From positions 64,001-128,000 of the forward strand of contig CAVYGB010000002.1 in the NCBI GenBank assembly GCA_963767925.1: a DNA stretch of 64,000 nt, written 5' to 3'. The DNA comes from an uncultured delta proteobacterium. Lineage in GTDB: Bacteria > Myxococcota_A > Polyangia > Fen-1088. Under the pieces are notes generated by a model. It did no database searches, was not told the DNA's origin, and saw nothing but the letters and a program-made list of their open reading frames with translations. Position numbers and translations under genes: made by a program. Position 1 is the stretch's first letter. Each line of letters opens with the position of its first letter. Of the stretch, positions 1-10,345 are shown piece by piece.

Positions 1-198
1 GATCTCTCACCCACCATCGCCGAGGTCTCGGCCCACCTGCTGGCGGAGCTGCGCAAGCCGGTCGACGGACATCATCGGGCCAAGCTGCACCTCGAGCGGG
101 GCGAGCGGTACCGGCTGCACCGGGAGTTCGAGCGGGCGGCGCGCGACTACGACGCACGTGGTGCAGGAGGGGCGCTGACCGCCGCCGTGCGCGCGTAG
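1..198 (+). CDS. 3' end of a gene entering the window, TPR-like helical tail
   Basis: Frame +1 open from base 1 (DLSPTIAEV...AKLHLERGERYRLHREFERAARDYD) to TAG at 196-198, with GC-rich third codon positions. Confidence 0.45.
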   Translation, partial: DLSPTIAEVSAHLLAELRKPVDGHHRAKLHLERGERYRLHREFERAARDYDARGAGGALTAAVRA

Positions 199-713
199 CA
201 CAACATGTCACGCGGGTGAGGCGACAGGTTGGGCAACACGGTGTGGGCCCGGCGGATGCCCTCCCGCTGCATCCCGCACTTCTCCATCACCCGGGCGGAG
301 GCCCGGTGCTCGACGTCGCACACGGCGAAGACCCGGCGGACGCCGGGGCGGGCGAAGGCCAGATCGAGCATGGCGGTCAACGTCTCGGTGGCGTAGCCCT
401 GGCCCCAGGCGTCGCGGGCGAGGACGTAGCCGACGCTGTAGCAGCTCGGGGTCTCGGCGTGCAGGCCGGTCGCGCCCAGCAGCAGCCCGTCTTCCCGCCG
501 CTCGATCAGGTACGGCAAATCGGTGCCGTCGCGCCAGCCCTGCTCGGCGAAGCGGAGAAAAGCCAGGGTGTCCTCGACCCCCCGGTGGGTGTGCCAGCTC
601 ATGTAGTGGGTGACCTGGGGGTCGCTGGCGTACCGGTGGAACACCGTCGCGGCGTCGGCGGTGTTGGGCCGCCGCAGGCGCAGGCGGAGGGTGAGGATCT
701 CGGCCGGGAACAT
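147..713 (-). CDS. GNAT family N-acetyltransferase (RimJ/RimL-like)
   Basis: TLRLRLRRP start, VGYVLARDAWGQGYATE acetyl-CoA motif, ASARVMEKCGMQREG; start placed at ATG 713. Confidence 0.9.
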   Translation of the reverse strand: MFPAEILTLRLRLRRPNTADAATVFHRYASDPQVTHYMSWHTHRGVEDTLAFLRFAEQGWRDGTDLPYLIERREDGLLLGATGLHAETPSCYSVGYVLARDAWGQGYATETLTAMLDLAFARPGVRRVFAVCDVEHRASARVMEKCGMQREGIRRAHTVLPNLSPHPRDMLCYARTAAVSAPPAPRAS

Positions 714-787
714 CGCCGGCGAGTATGGCAGCGATCGGGGCGTGCGGCCGCTTGCCGCCGGCGCCGAACGAACGTAGCTTTTCACTC

Positions 788-1243
788 ATGGAAACCGGGC
801 AGCTTCATCGAGGGCGCCTCATCGACCACCTGCACCTGGTGGTCAAGAACCTGCCAGCAAGCCGGAAGTTCTACGGGGCCGTGCTCGAGGTGGTCGGGAT
901 CCCGATCGGCGGCGAGAGCGCGGCGGAGGGCTTCTTCTGGGCCGACGAGCTGTTCGTCTCGACCCCCGACGCCAAGGCTCCCAGCGGCCACGCCCTGTCG
1001 GCCAGCGGCCGGCCCACCGGCTGGGTCCACCTGGCCTTCCAGGCCAAGGACCGGGCCATGGTCGACCGCTTCCACGCCGCCGCCATCGCCGCCGGGGGCA
1101 AGGACAACGGCGCACCCGGGATCCGCCCCTACCACCCGGGGTACTACGCGGCCTTCGTGCTCGACCCCGACGGCAACAACGTCGAGGTGGTGTTCCACGG
1201 CCCCGCCAACCGCTCTGCCCCCAGCGTTTCGATCACGTTCTGA
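788..1243 (+). CDS. VOC/glyoxalase family protein
   Basis: IDHLHLVV, VHLAFQA, YYAAFVLDPDGNNVEVV motifs. Confidence 0.92.
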   Translation: METGQLHRGRLIDHLHLVVKNLPASRKFYGAVLEVVGIPIGGESAAEGFFWADELFVSTPDAKAPSGHALSASGRPTGWVHLAFQAKDRAMVDRFHAAAIAAGGKDNGAPGIRPYHPGYYAAFVLDPDGNNVEVVFHGPANRSAPSVSITF

Positions 1244-1289
1244 GGGGGCGCGCTGGCGGACACCGCGCCGGCGGGGAGGCCCTCGGTGA

Positions 1290-2345
1290 TCAGCCGGTCC
1301 GGGACACGGGGGCAGATCCGGCGAACCGCTCGGCCAGGAAGGCGACCGCGGCCTCCTCGGCGGCATAACGCGGGCGCCAGGGGGGACCCGCGACGAAGCC
1401 GACGTGGCCGCCGCCGCGGGTCAGCCAGAGGGTCAAGGCCGGGTTGGCGGCGATGATCTCGTGGGGGACGCTCGCCGCCGGCACGATGGGATCGTCGTCG
1501 GCGGAGATCAGCAGGGTCGGGCAGCGGATGGCCGGCAGGAAGGGGCCGCAGGAGGCGCGGTCCCAGTAGTCCTGCGCGCTGGCGAAGCCGAACAGGGGGA
1601 CGGTCACGTTGGTGTCGAAGCTGGCGAAGTCGCGGCAGCGGCGGATGCCGCGGGCGTCGAGCCGGTCGGGCAGCTCGCGGGCCAGGGCCAGGGCCTTGCG
1701 GCGCAAGCTGAGCATGAAGAAGCGACGGTAGTTCGCGCTCCAGAACCCGGGGCCGTCGACAAGGGCGGCGCTGGCCGCCAGATCGTAGGGGGCCGACACG
1801 GCGACGGCGGCCTCGAGCGGGGTGCGGGCCCCGCCCTCGCCGAGCCACTTGAGCAACATGTTGCCGCCGAGCGAATAGCCGACGGCGGCCAGAGGCACCG
1901 CGCCCCAGCGCGCGCGCAGGCGGTCGACCACCAGGGCCAGGTCGGCGGTGAGGCCGGCGTGGTAAGCGGTGCGCGAGCGCAGCTCCTTGCGGGCCAGGCG
2001 GCCACACGAGCGCAGATCGAAGGAGGCGCCGTTCCACCCCAGCCGCTCGAGGCGGAGGAGCAAACCGCGCACGTAGGGCGACTCGACCGAGCCCTCCATG
2101 CCGTGCACCACCACCACGCCCGGCCGCCCCGGCCAGTGGGGCAGCAGGTAGGCAGCCAGCCGTTCCCCGTCGGGCAGCGGCCAGATCTCGGTGGTGAGGG
2201 TCGGCCGGGGGGAGCGCCGGAAGAGAAACGGGAAGATGGTCTGCGCGTGCCCGCTGGCCAGCCAGCGCGCCGGCACGAACCCGCCCGCCGCCCCGGCCTC
2301 CGGCGCACCGCCACCAGCGGGCCTGGCCGTCTGCACCTCGCGCAT
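1290..2345 (-). CDS. YheT-like alpha/beta hydrolase
   Basis: GHAQT, HGMEGS, GYSLGG nucleophile elbow, ADDDP, GGHVGF. Confidence 0.92.
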   Translation of the reverse strand: MREVQTARPAGGGAPEAGAAGGFVPARWLASGHAQTIFPFLFRRSPRPTLTTEIWPLPDGERLAAYLLPHWPGRPGVVVVHGMEGSVESPYVRGLLLRLERLGWNGASFDLRSCGRLARKELRSRTAYHAGLTADLALVVDRLRARWGAVPLAAVGYSLGGNMLLKWLGEGGARTPLEAAVAVSAPYDLAASAALVDGPGFWSANYRRFFMLSLRRKALALARELPDRLDARGIRRCRDFASFDTNVTVPLFGFASAQDYWDRASCGPFLPAIRCPTLLISADDDPIVPAASVPHEIIAANPALTLWLTRGGGHVGFVAGPPWRPRYAAEEAAVAFLAERFAGSAPVSRTG

Positions 2346-2410
2346 CCAGATAGGCTAGCAGCAATGGTGCTCAGCGAGGCGCCGCGAGGCCCCTTCTCCC
2401 GCAAGGATCT

Positions 2411-2544
2411 CACCTCTCCCCGCGGTCTGCCGTAGGGAGAGGTCGGCGCGTCTGCGGGCCGGGTGAGGGGCCTCCGGCGGGCAACCGCCCCTCACCCTCC
2501 CCTCTCCCCACGTCCGCAGACGGCCGCACGGAGAGGGCAAACGG
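2411..2544. repeat. REP/MITE-like palindromic element, family A, copy 1
   Basis: CCCCTCACCCTCCCCTCTCCCC...GGAGAGGGCAAA; close reverse-complement match to 22451-22554. Confidence 0.8.
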
Positions 2545-2587
2545 TCAACGGGACGTCGAAGCGGTGGCGAGCGGCGCCAGGTTCGGA

Positions 2588-2857
2588 TCAGCCCGGACCG
2601 GCGACCGATCCCGGCCGGCGCCGTCTCGCCAGACGCCAACCCTTCACCAGGGCCCAGGCGCTGACGGCCACCAGGAGGGCCCGCAAAGCCATCCATCCCC
2701 AGCTCTCGCTGCCGAACTTGCCAATCAGGCCCAGGTTTCGCAGAAGGCTCCACGAAAAGGACACCACGACGCTTATCGTGGCGACCGCTACCCAATCAGC
2801 CCTCGCGATTCGTCGAGGCTCTTCCATGTCCGGTCGTTTTCCCATGATTGCCTCCAC
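2588..2857 (-). CDS. Small hypothetical membrane protein
   Basis: 89-aa ORF with two hydrophobic segments; no recognisable family. Confidence 0.35.
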   Translation of the reverse strand: MEAIMGKRPDMEEPRRIARADWVAVATISVVVSFSWSLLRNLGLIGKFGSESWGWMALRALLVAVSAWALVKGWRLARRRRPGSVAGPG

Positions 2858-2867
2858 CTCACCAGCG

Positions 2868-3272
2868 TCAGCCCCCCGACCCGGGGGTCGAGGGGAGGGG
2901 CGTGATCACGATACCAGCCTGAGGGTTTGCGGGAGGGGGTGGCGACGGCGGCGGCGGTGCGGGTGGCGGTCGCCGCAAGGCCTCCACCTCGTTCGCGATG
3001 ATGCCACCTACGGCCTCGCTGAGGACGCCCAGCGCGAACACCGCCGCAAGATGCCAGAAGGCCTGAGGCTTGTCCGGATTCGGAGGCTGTGAATGGGGCT
3101 TGGTGCTCTCGGTCGGGTCGCCTGGGAAGGGCGCAACGGGATCATCGAACCCGTCGCTGAGGGCCAGCTTGTCATCGCCGGCTGCCGATACCGGCGGCGA
3201 TGCTTCTAGCTCGCCCCAGGTGGATTCGGCGACGAGGGCGCCAGACGCGAATGCATGCACTCCGTTCAACAT
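2868..3272 (-). CDS. Hypothetical protein
   Basis: 134-aa ORF with one hydrophobic helix and a Pro-rich tail; atypical composition. Confidence 0.35.
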   Translation of the reverse strand: MLNGVHAFASGALVAESTWGELEASPPVSAAGDDKLALSDGFDDPVAPFPGDPTESTKPHSQPPNPDKPQAFWHLAAVFALGVLSEAVGGIIANEVEALRRPPPAPPPPSPPPPANPQAGIVITPLPSTPGSGG

Positions 3273-3534
3273 GACATCTTCCTTTCAGCGTGACGTTGCG
3301 AGGCTCCCGCTGAGCTGCGCTTCAGCGTCCTCGACGATTGCCTCTCTGGCAGAGGGTCGCTCAAGCAAGGCGTATGCCGCGTCCGATCGCCATCGCCACG
3401 CCGCCGGGAGGCACCGGCCGGCCTCTTGCTGATGGTTCGACTGTCCGTCGACGGTCGCGAGCGGTTGCCTACCGGGCGGCTGCGGTCCGGCTCCGGGTTG
3501 AACCGGGCGGGGTTTCGCCCTAAGACTCCGGCCG

Positions 3535-4203
3535 ATGGTTTACCCGGAATCGCCGCCCTACAAGCGGGCCCTCGGCAGCTTGATCTTCCTGAGCCGCTGG
3601 CTGCAAGCGCCCCTCTATCTGGGGCTGATCGTGGCGCAGGGGGTGTACGTCTACCGGTTCCTGCTGGAGCTTTGGCACCTGATCGGCTTCGCCCTGCTGG
3701 GGCACCCTCCGCCCGCCTCGGTGCCGAGGGCGGTGGCGAACGCCGGTACGGCGGTGACCAGCGCCGTGACGGGTGGGGGCGCCGCGGTGGCCGACGCCGC
3801 GGCTGCCGCTGCGACGGTCGTGCCCGACGCCGAGACGGTCGTGATGCTGAGCGTGCTGGGGCTGATCGACGTGGTCATGATCGCCAACCTGCTGATCATG
3901 GTCATCGTGGGCGGCTACGAGACCTTCGTCTCGCGCCTGAACCTGAAGGGGCACCCCGATCAGCCGGAGTGGCTGTCGCACGTCAACGCCGGCATCCTCA
4001 AGGTCAAGCTGGCCACCGCCCTGATCGGCATCTCCTCCATCCATTTGCTGAAGACCTTCATCAACGCCAGCCTCCTCAGCCCCCACGTGATCCTCTGGCA
4101 GGTGATCATCCACGTGACCTTCGTGGGCTCGTCGATCGCCCTGGCGCTGATCGACCGCATGACCTTTCGCGCCATCGACCACAAGGAAGGCGAACACGCC
4201 TAG
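3535..4203 (+). CDS. UPF0114/TIGR00645 (YqhA-like) membrane protein
   Basis: SRWLQAPLYLGL, LIDVVMIANLLIMVIVGGYETFVSRL, LKVKLATALIGISSIHLLKTF. Confidence 0.92.
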   Translation: MVYPESPPYKRALGSLIFLSRWLQAPLYLGLIVAQGVYVYRFLLELWHLIGFALLGHPPPASVPRAVANAGTAVTSAVTGGGAAVADAAAAAATVVPDAETVVMLSVLGLIDVVMIANLLIMVIVGGYETFVSRLNLKGHPDQPEWLSHVNAGILKVKLATALIGISSIHLLKTFINASLLSPHVILWQVIIHVTFVGSSIALALIDRMTFRAIDHKEGEHA

Positions 4204-4230
4204 GCCGGCGACAGCGAGGCGACCGAGACA

Positions 4231-4296
4231 GCGACAGCACCGGCGCGTGACAGGCGACAGCACCGGTGGCTAAGTCGCCGCCCAGGCGACAGCACC
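4231..4296 (+). repeat. Three direct repeats of GCGACAGCACC
   Basis: Copies start at 4231, 4254 and 4286, in intergenic DNA. Confidence 0.6.
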
Positions 4297-4426
4297 CGGG
4301 GGCCGCGCGTCGCTCGGCGGCGTCGCGCCGCGGTCTTCGCCGAGCTCCGGCGCTGGCACGGCGATGGCAATCGGGGATCCAGGCAAAGGCAACCGCCTGC
4401 AACCTGCACGCAAGGAGACCGTTCCC

Positions 4427-5080
4427 ATGACGAAAGCATCCCTGGCCGCGCTGATCGCGCTGCTGCCCGCCGCCGCCTGCTCGCAAGCGCCCGGCGCCCC
4501 CGCGACAGAGACCACGACTGCGACCACGACGACCTTCGCTCGGGCCCAGGACGACGCCTCGCCCGGGCGCTTCGCCCGCATCGACGCCATCGGAGACGGC
4601 TGCCAGGACAGCACCACCAGCGTCATCTCCCCGGATGGGCAGGCCTTCACCTCGATCTTCTCGGCCTTCGTGGCGGCCGCCGGCCCCGGGGTGGAGCCCG
4701 AGCGGGCGATGCGCGGCTGCCTGCTGCTGGCCACGGTGGAGGTCCCGCCGGGCTGGTCCTACTCCATGGAGAGCATCGACCTGCGCGGCTTCGCCGGCCT
4801 GGAGGACGACGTGACGGCGTCGCTGCGGACGGTCTACGTCGTCCCGGGCAACCCGGTGCAGTCGCCCCCCGCGCGCCGGTTCGAGGGGGAGATCTCCGAC
4901 GACTATTTCAAGTCCGAGGTGAGCCCGGGGGCCCCCTCCGGGTGGTCGCCCTGCGGCCAGGGGGAGGACCTGTGGATGGTGGTCCAGACCGAGGTGGACA
5001 ACGACGGCGACGACGACGCCGGCGGTCAGCTCACCGTCGATTCGGTCGACGGCGAGCTGCAGTGGCGCCGCTGTAATTGA
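4427..5080 (+). CDS. DUF4360-like secreted lipoprotein
   Basis: AAGGAG RBS, lipobox AAAC, GDGC...ISPDGQAFTSIFSAF, WSPCG, LQWRRC terminus. Confidence 0.8.
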   Translation: MTKASLAALIALLPAAACSQAPGAPATETTTATTTTFARAQDDASPGRFARIDAIGDGCQDSTTSVISPDGQAFTSIFSAFVAAAGPGVEPERAMRGCLLLATVEVPPGWSYSMESIDLRGFAGLEDDVTASLRTVYVVPGNPVQSPPARRFEGEISDDYFKSEVSPGAPSGWSPCGQGEDLWMVVQTEVDNDGDDDAGGQLTVDSVDGELQWRRCN

Positions 5081-5148
5081 GGCAGTGCGGGGCGGCCGGG
5101 CGATCGGCCGCCCGGGGGGCGCGGCCCGTGCTAGATGAACGGGCTGCC

Positions 5149-6369
5149 ATGGACGACAAGAAAGACGGCGGCGGCGAGGACTTCGCCGCCCTCCTCGAGG
5201 AGTTCGACAAGAAGGCCCCCGCCCGCGCGCGGCAGCGGGGGCCCGAGGTGGGGGAGCTGGTGCGGGGGCGGATCATCTCGGTCGGGCGGGAGGCGGTCTT
5301 CGTCGCCATCGGCGACGGCAACCTGGAAGGGGTGCTCGACCTGGCCGAGCTGCTCGACGAAAAGGGCGACGTCTCGGTCAAGGAGGGGGACGTCATCGAG
5401 GCCCGGGTGGCGGAGCTGGGCGACAAGTCCGACCACGTGGTCCTGCGGCGCCTGATCCGCAAGGGGCCCGAGGCCCGGGCCGAGCTGCAGCGGGCCTACG
5501 AGCTCGGCATCCCCGTCGAGGGAACGATCACCGGCGTCAACAAGGGCGGCCTCGACGTCAACGTGGCCGGTGTGCGCGGGTTCTGCCCCATCTCCCAGCT
5601 CGAGCTGCGCTCGGTGGACGCCGAGGCGATCCCCGGCTACGTCGGGCGCAAGCTGACCTTCAAGATCACCCGCCACGAGGAGGACCGCCGGGGGGTCAAC
5701 CTGGTGGTGTCCCGGCGCGCGCTGCTCGAGGCGGAGCAGGCGGTGCGAGGGGCCGAGACGCGGGCCCGCCTCTCGGTCGGAGCGGTTGTCAGCGGGGTGG
5801 TCACGGCGGTCAAGGACTTCGGAGCCTTCGTCGACCTCGGCGGGCTCGAGGGGATGTTGCCCGCCTCGGAGCTGGGCTTCTCCCGGGGGGTGCGCCCCAG
5901 CGAGGTGCTGAACGTGGGGCAGCCGCTCCAGGTCCAGATCATGGAGATGAAGCGCACCGACGATCCCAAGCGGCCCGAGCGGATCACCCTGTCGCTCAAG
6001 GCGCTCGAGCAGGATCCCTGGGAGGAGGCGCCCACCAAGTTCGCGCCCGGCACCCGGGTTGTCGGTCGGGTCACCAACGTCGAATCGTTCGGGGCCTTCG
6101 TCGAGCTGGCGCCCGGGGTGGAGGGGCTGGTCCACATCGGCGAGCTGAGCGGAGGCAAGCAGGTCCGCCACGCCCGCGAGCTGGCGAAGGTGGGCGATCC
6201 GCTCGAGGTGACGGTGCTGACCATCGAGCGCGACCGCCGCCGCATCTCCCTGGGCATCGGCGACCGCCCCGACGCCGTCGATCCCGAGGACCTCAAGCGC
6301 GCCGCCTCCACCGGCAGGCTCGGCACGCTCGGGGACCTGCTGCGCAAGAGCCAGCAGAAGAAGGGCTAG
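5149..6369 (+). CDS. S1 RNA-binding domain protein (short RpsA-like paralog, about four S1 domains)
   Basis: DFAALLEE N-terminus; GFCPISQL, DFGAFVDLGGLEG, FGAFVELAPGVEGLVHI; GTLGDLL tail. Confidence 0.9.
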   Translation: MDDKKDGGGEDFAALLEEFDKKAPARARQRGPEVGELVRGRIISVGREAVFVAIGDGNLEGVLDLAELLDEKGDVSVKEGDVIEARVAELGDKSDHVVLRRLIRKGPEARAELQRAYELGIPVEGTITGVNKGGLDVNVAGVRGFCPISQLELRSVDAEAIPGYVGRKLTFKITRHEEDRRGVNLVVSRRALLEAEQAVRGAETRARLSVGAVVSGVVTAVKDFGAFVDLGGLEGMLPASELGFSRGVRPSEVLNVGQPLQVQIMEMKRTDDPKRPERITLSLKALEQDPWEEAPTKFAPGTRVVGRVTNVESFGAFVELAPGVEGLVHIGELSGGKQVRHARELAKVGDPLEVTVLTIERDRRRISLGIGDRPDAVDPEDLKRAASTGRLGTLGDLLRKSQQKKG

Positions 6370-6403
6370 CGCACGCGGTACCGTGCCGTCGGCGCGGCCC
6401 GAT

Positions 6404-6492
6404 CACCTCTCCCCGCGGTTCTGCCGTCGGGTGGGGCGACCGCCCCTCACCCTTTCCCTCTCCCCGCGCGGACGCGGGGCGAGGGCAAACGG
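6404..6492. repeat. REP/MITE-like element, family A, copy 2
   Basis: CACCTCTCCCCGCGG...CCCCTCACCCTTTCCCTCTCCCCGCG...GCGGGGCGAGGGCAAAC between convergent genes. Confidence 0.75.
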
Positions 6493-6537
6493 GCAGGGGG
6501 GTGGAGTAGCTGAGTAGCCCCGGGTTGGGCCCCAGGC

Positions 6538-8142
6538 TCAGGGACCGGTGTCGGGCTCGGTGGCGGGGGCGTCGGGGGGGGGTGGTGTCGGGGGCGGCGT
6601 CGGGGAGGGCGGCGTCGTTGAAGGGGGCGTCGGCGCCGCCGTCGGGGAGGGGGGCGCGGCCTGGCCGGTCACCGTGACGTCGTCGAACAGGCCGGTGGCG
6701 ACCCGGTTCTGATCGTGGGCGGTGACGGCGAGGCCGACGTAGACCACCTCGGGCAGGGCCAGGGCCTGCCGAGCGACGAGGAACCACTGGTTGTTGGCCA
6801 GCAGGATCGACGCCTCGACGTTGCCCGCCTTGCGCGCCAGGCGCAGCGTCTGGGGCGGCAGGAAGAAGCGCTGGTTGCGGGCGGTGGAGTTCTGGGCGGG
6901 GGCCGGCCGCCACTGGAACGACAGGCCCTGCACGTTGCCGTCGGCCGGATCGATCGGCTTGACCAGCCACATGGTGTTGACGTCCTCGGCCAGCAGCGAA
7001 GCGCGGATCATGAGGCCGGCCTTGGCGTGGGTACTTGTCGCCTCGACGCCAGGGATGCGGGCCGTGATCTCGGCGTCGCCCGCCAGGCGCTGGTAGACGA
7101 ACACGCCGTGATCGGCGCGCGCCCAGATGTCGCGGCCGCCGCCCGAGAGCAGGAAGCGTCCGCTCTGGAAGCGGGCGTCCCCCGGCAGCGGCGTGCCGAT
7201 GTCGTTGACCGACCACTGCGGCGGCACCGGGCCCCCCGCCAGGCCCCCGTCGACGCCGGGCACGCCGGACGAGGCGTCGGGGGGCGCGCCCGCGTCGGGC
7301 GGCGATCCGGCGAACTGGGTCACCCGCACGCTGGCAAACGTGGCGGTCACCTGCTTCATCCCCAGGTCGTCGCGCCCGCTGGCCGCCAGGCCGATGTACA
7401 GCGTGGAGGTGAAGCCGGGCATGGCCTGGGTGGCGAAGTCGATCCAGACCACGCCATCGGGCGAATAGGAGAAGGTCACCTCGAGCCCGATCTTGGTCAG
7501 CTTGACCCAGCCGGGGACCGTCTCCACGCCGGCGCCCGCGGTGGCGGCGGTGCCGCCCTGGTCGGCGCGCCACTGGCCAGCCGCGCCGGTGCCCGGGGTG
7601 ATGAAGGTGCCGGCCCAGGCGGCGGCCGGGTTGACCAGCCCGTCGTCGGCCATCAGCATGACGCCGGCTTTGGCGGCGGGGTTGAGGGCGTCGCCGGCCA
7701 TCGCCCGCACCTGGGCGACGATCTCGCCGTCGCCGGTGAACGGCTGGGCGACGAAGGTGAACCCGAGCGTGTCGTAGATGTCGCGGCCCGAGCCCTCGAC
7801 CGAAAAGGCGCTGTCGGCGAAGTCGGCCGAGCCGCCCCCCTCGGGGTCGCCGACCAGGTAGGCCCGCCAGGGGGCCGGCACGTTGCCCTCGGCGGGCCGC
7901 GGGGCAGGCGCGTCGGGCGAGGCATCCGTCGCGGGCGGCGCATCGACCGCCGCCCCGGGCGCGTCGCCCATCGCCACCCCGGAGTCGGCGGGCGGGGGCG
8001 GCGCCATCCGATCGACCGAGCCGTCGCGACCAGCCACCGGCGCGTCGGGCGTCTTCGTCGTCTCCGCGCCGCCGCAGGCGGCCCACCCCCCGACCCAGGC
8101 CACCAAAACGAGCGAAACAGTGCCACGTTTTCGTGTGGTCAT
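6538..8142 (-). CDS. Secreted lipoprotein with two beta-sandwich (DUF1349/lectin-like) domains and Pro-rich linkers
   Basis: Lipobox WAAC; duplicated GxGRDI...F(V)xQxxxGDxEIxA...AKAGxM...YxGLA motif. Confidence 0.8.
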   Translation of the reverse strand: MTTRKRGTVSLVLVAWVGGWAACGGAETTKTPDAPVAGRDGSVDRMAPPPPADSGVAMGDAPGAAVDAPPATDASPDAPAPRPAEGNVPAPWRAYLVGDPEGGGSADFADSAFSVEGSGRDIYDTLGFTFVAQPFTGDGEIVAQVRAMAGDALNPAAKAGVMLMADDGLVNPAAAWAGTFITPGTGAAGQWRADQGGTAATAGAGVETVPGWVKLTKIGLEVTFSYSPDGVVWIDFATQAMPGFTSTLYIGLAASGRDDLGMKQVTATFASVRVTQFAGSPPDAGAPPDASSGVPGVDGGLAGGPVPPQWSVNDIGTPLPGDARFQSGRFLLSGGGRDIWARADHGVFVYQRLAGDAEITARIPGVEATSTHAKAGLMIRASLLAEDVNTMWLVKPIDPADGNVQGLSFQWRPAPAQNSTARNQRFFLPPQTLRLARKAGNVEASILLANNQWFLVARQALALPEVVYVGLAVTAHDQNRVATGLFDDVTVTGQAAPPSPTAAPTPPSTTPPSPTPPPTPPPPDAPATEPDTGP

Positions 8143-8237
8143 ATTCCATGTGTCGTTCCGCGCTGGAAACAAGTCAACAGGAAACGTCCAGCCCACGAGG
8201 ACGCGGCGGGCCAGCGGCGCCGCGCGACGGCCGGGCC

Positions 8238-9215
8238 TCAGCGGATCGAGGCGGTGATCTCGTAAGAACGGAGGCGGGCGGCGTGATCGTGGATGTGCGA
8301 GGCGACGATCAGCTCGTCGGCGCCCGTGCGCGCCACGAACGCCTCGAGGCCGGCGCGCACCGTGGCGGGCGACCCCACGAACGAGCAGGACAGCGTCTCG
8401 GCGAGGGCGGCCCGCTCGTAGTCGGTCAGCGCGCTCTCGAAGCCCGCCAGCGGCGGGGGCAGCGGGCCAGGGCGACCGCGGCGGAGCTGGACGAACACCT
8501 GCTGCAAGGAGGTGAGCAGGAGGCTGGCCTCCGCGTCGGTGTCGGCGGCGATGACGTTGACCCCCAGCATGAGCAGCGGGCGCGGGTGCTGCGGCGAGGG
8601 CCGGAACTGCCGCCGGTAGATGTCGCTGGCGTGCTCGAGCTGGGCGGGCGCGAAGTGCGAGGCGAAGGCGTAGGGCAGGCCGAGGGCGGCGGCGAGCTGG
8701 GCTCCGAACAGGCTCGAGCCGAGGATCCAGACCGGGACGTCGCTCCCCTGCCCGGGGATGGCCTGCACCGGCGAGTCGGGGCGGGCCGGGCGCAGGTAAC
8801 CCATCAGCTCGACAACCTCGTCGGGGAAGCCGTCGCCGCCGTCGACGTTGCGGCGCAGGGCCCGGGCGGTGCGGGCGTCGGTGCCGGGCGCGCGCCCCAC
8901 CCCCAGCTCGATGCGCCCGGGAAACAGGGCCGCCAGCGTCCCGAACTGCTCGGCGATCACCAGGGGGGCGTGGTTGGGCAACATGATGCCGCCCGACCCG
9001 ACCCGGATCTTGTCGGTGGCGGCGGCGACCTGGCCGATCACGATGGCGGTGGCGGCGCTGGCCACCCCCGGCATGTTGTGGTGCTCGGCGTACCAGACGC
9101 GCTGGTACCCCCAGCGCTCGGCGTGGCGGGCCAGGTCGATCACGTTGCGGAGGGCCTGGCCGGCGTCGCCTCCCTCCACGATGGGCGCCAGATCGAGGAT
9201 GGAGAGGGGGACCAT
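8238..9215 (-). CDS. LLM-class flavin-dependent oxidoreductase (luciferase-like)
   Basis: [46 protein letters not shown]. Confidence 0.95.
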   Translation of the reverse strand: MVPLSILDLAPIVEGGDAGQALRNVIDLARHAERWGYQRVWYAEHHNMPGVASAATAIVIGQVAAATDKIRVGSGGIMLPNHAPLVIAEQFGTLAALFPGRIELGVGRAPGTDARTARALRRNVDGGDGFPDEVVELMGYLRPARPDSPVQAIPGQGSDVPVWILGSSLFGAQLAAALGLPYAFASHFAPAQLEHASDIYRRQFRPSPQHPRPLLMLGVNVIAADTDAEASLLLTSLQQVFVQLRRGRPGPLPPPLAGFESALTDYERAALAETLSCSFVGSPATVRAGLEAFVARTGADELIVASHIHDHAARLRSYEITASIR

Positions 9216-9314
9216 CCCGCAAGGATAGGCCCTCGATCGCCGGTTATCACCCCGGATGGCCGCGGAATCCGGGTGGCCAACCGGACGAGGGCGCGGGTAT
9301 CCTGGTCAGAAGGT

Positions 9315-9434
9315 ATGGCTCGGGGATCGGTCCAGCAGCGGTTCAGCGAGGCGCTGGCGGCGATGGTGGCGCAGATCGAGCCGGATCGGTCGATCCTGGC
9401 GGCCATCCTGTGTGGCAGCCTGGCCCACGACACC
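9315..9434 (+). pseudogene. N-terminal fragment of a nucleotidyltransferase-domain-like protein
   Basis: [40 protein letters not shown] ends abruptly before the expected DxD motif. Confidence 0.55.
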
Positions 9435-10332
9435 GAGCACCCTCATCAACGAGATCCTCTACAAGGCGCTGTGGAAGCGCCTTGTCGACACCCGCACCTT
9501 GCCCGGCGCCCACGACAGCCTGGTGGGCGCCGAGCAGGTGCACAAGGTGGTCAACATCGACAAGTCGCCCATCGGGCGCAACAGCCGGTCCAACCCCGCC
9601 ACCTACGTGGGCTTTTACGACACCATCCGGGATCTCTTCACGGCGGCGCCGCTGGCGGTCGCGCGCGGCTACAAGGCCGGACGCTTCAGCTTCAACGTCA
9701 AGGGCGGGCGCTGCGAGGAGTGCCAGGGCGAGGGGGTCATCACCACCCAGCTCTACTTCATGCCCGACGTCGAGGTGCTGTGCGCCGCCTGCAAGGGGGC
9801 CCGCTTCAACGCCGAGACCCTGGAGGTCACCCTGCGGGGCAAGACCATCGACGACGTGCTCGGCATGTCGGTCGAGGAGGGGGTGGGCTTTTTCGCCGGC
9901 GAGCCGGCGGTGGGCAAGAAGATCGAGGTGCTCGATCGCCTGGGGCTGGGCTACCTGACCCTCGGGCAGTCCGCCACCACGCTGTCGGGCGGCGAGGCCC
10001 AGCGGATCGAGATCGCCACCGAGATGAGCAAGCTCCAGCGGGCCAAACACACCGTGGACATCCTCGACGAGCCGACCACCGGCCTGCACCTGGCCGACGT
10101 GCAGCGCCTGCTCGGGTCGCTCGCGCACCTGGTGGAGGCGGGCCACTCGGTCCTGCTCATCGAGCACCACCTCGACGTCATCAAGACCGCCGACCACGTC
10201 ATCGACCTGGGACCCGAGGGGGGCCACGCCGGCGGCGAGGTGGTGGTCACCGGCACCCCCGAGCAGGTGGCCGCCTGCGCCCGCTCCCACACCGGTCGCT
10301 TCCTGAAGGCCCACCTGCGGGCCCAACGCTGA
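9435..10332 (+). pseudogene. uvrA: C-terminal fragment of an excinuclease ABC subunit A-like ATPase
   Basis: Starts mid Walker A (STLINEIL); [31 protein letters not shown] zinc finger, [30 protein letters not shown]. Confidence 0.85.
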
Positions 10333-10345
10333 AGGAGATCTCCAC

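Noticed and set aside
5149..6369. Canonical rpsA
   Set aside because: Only about four S1 domains and no cmk/ihfB context; treated as a paralog with no symbol.
6538..9222. 894-aa ORF
   Set aside because: The upstream part is an off-frame read of the LLM oxidoreductase; the real gene starts at the signal peptide at 8142.
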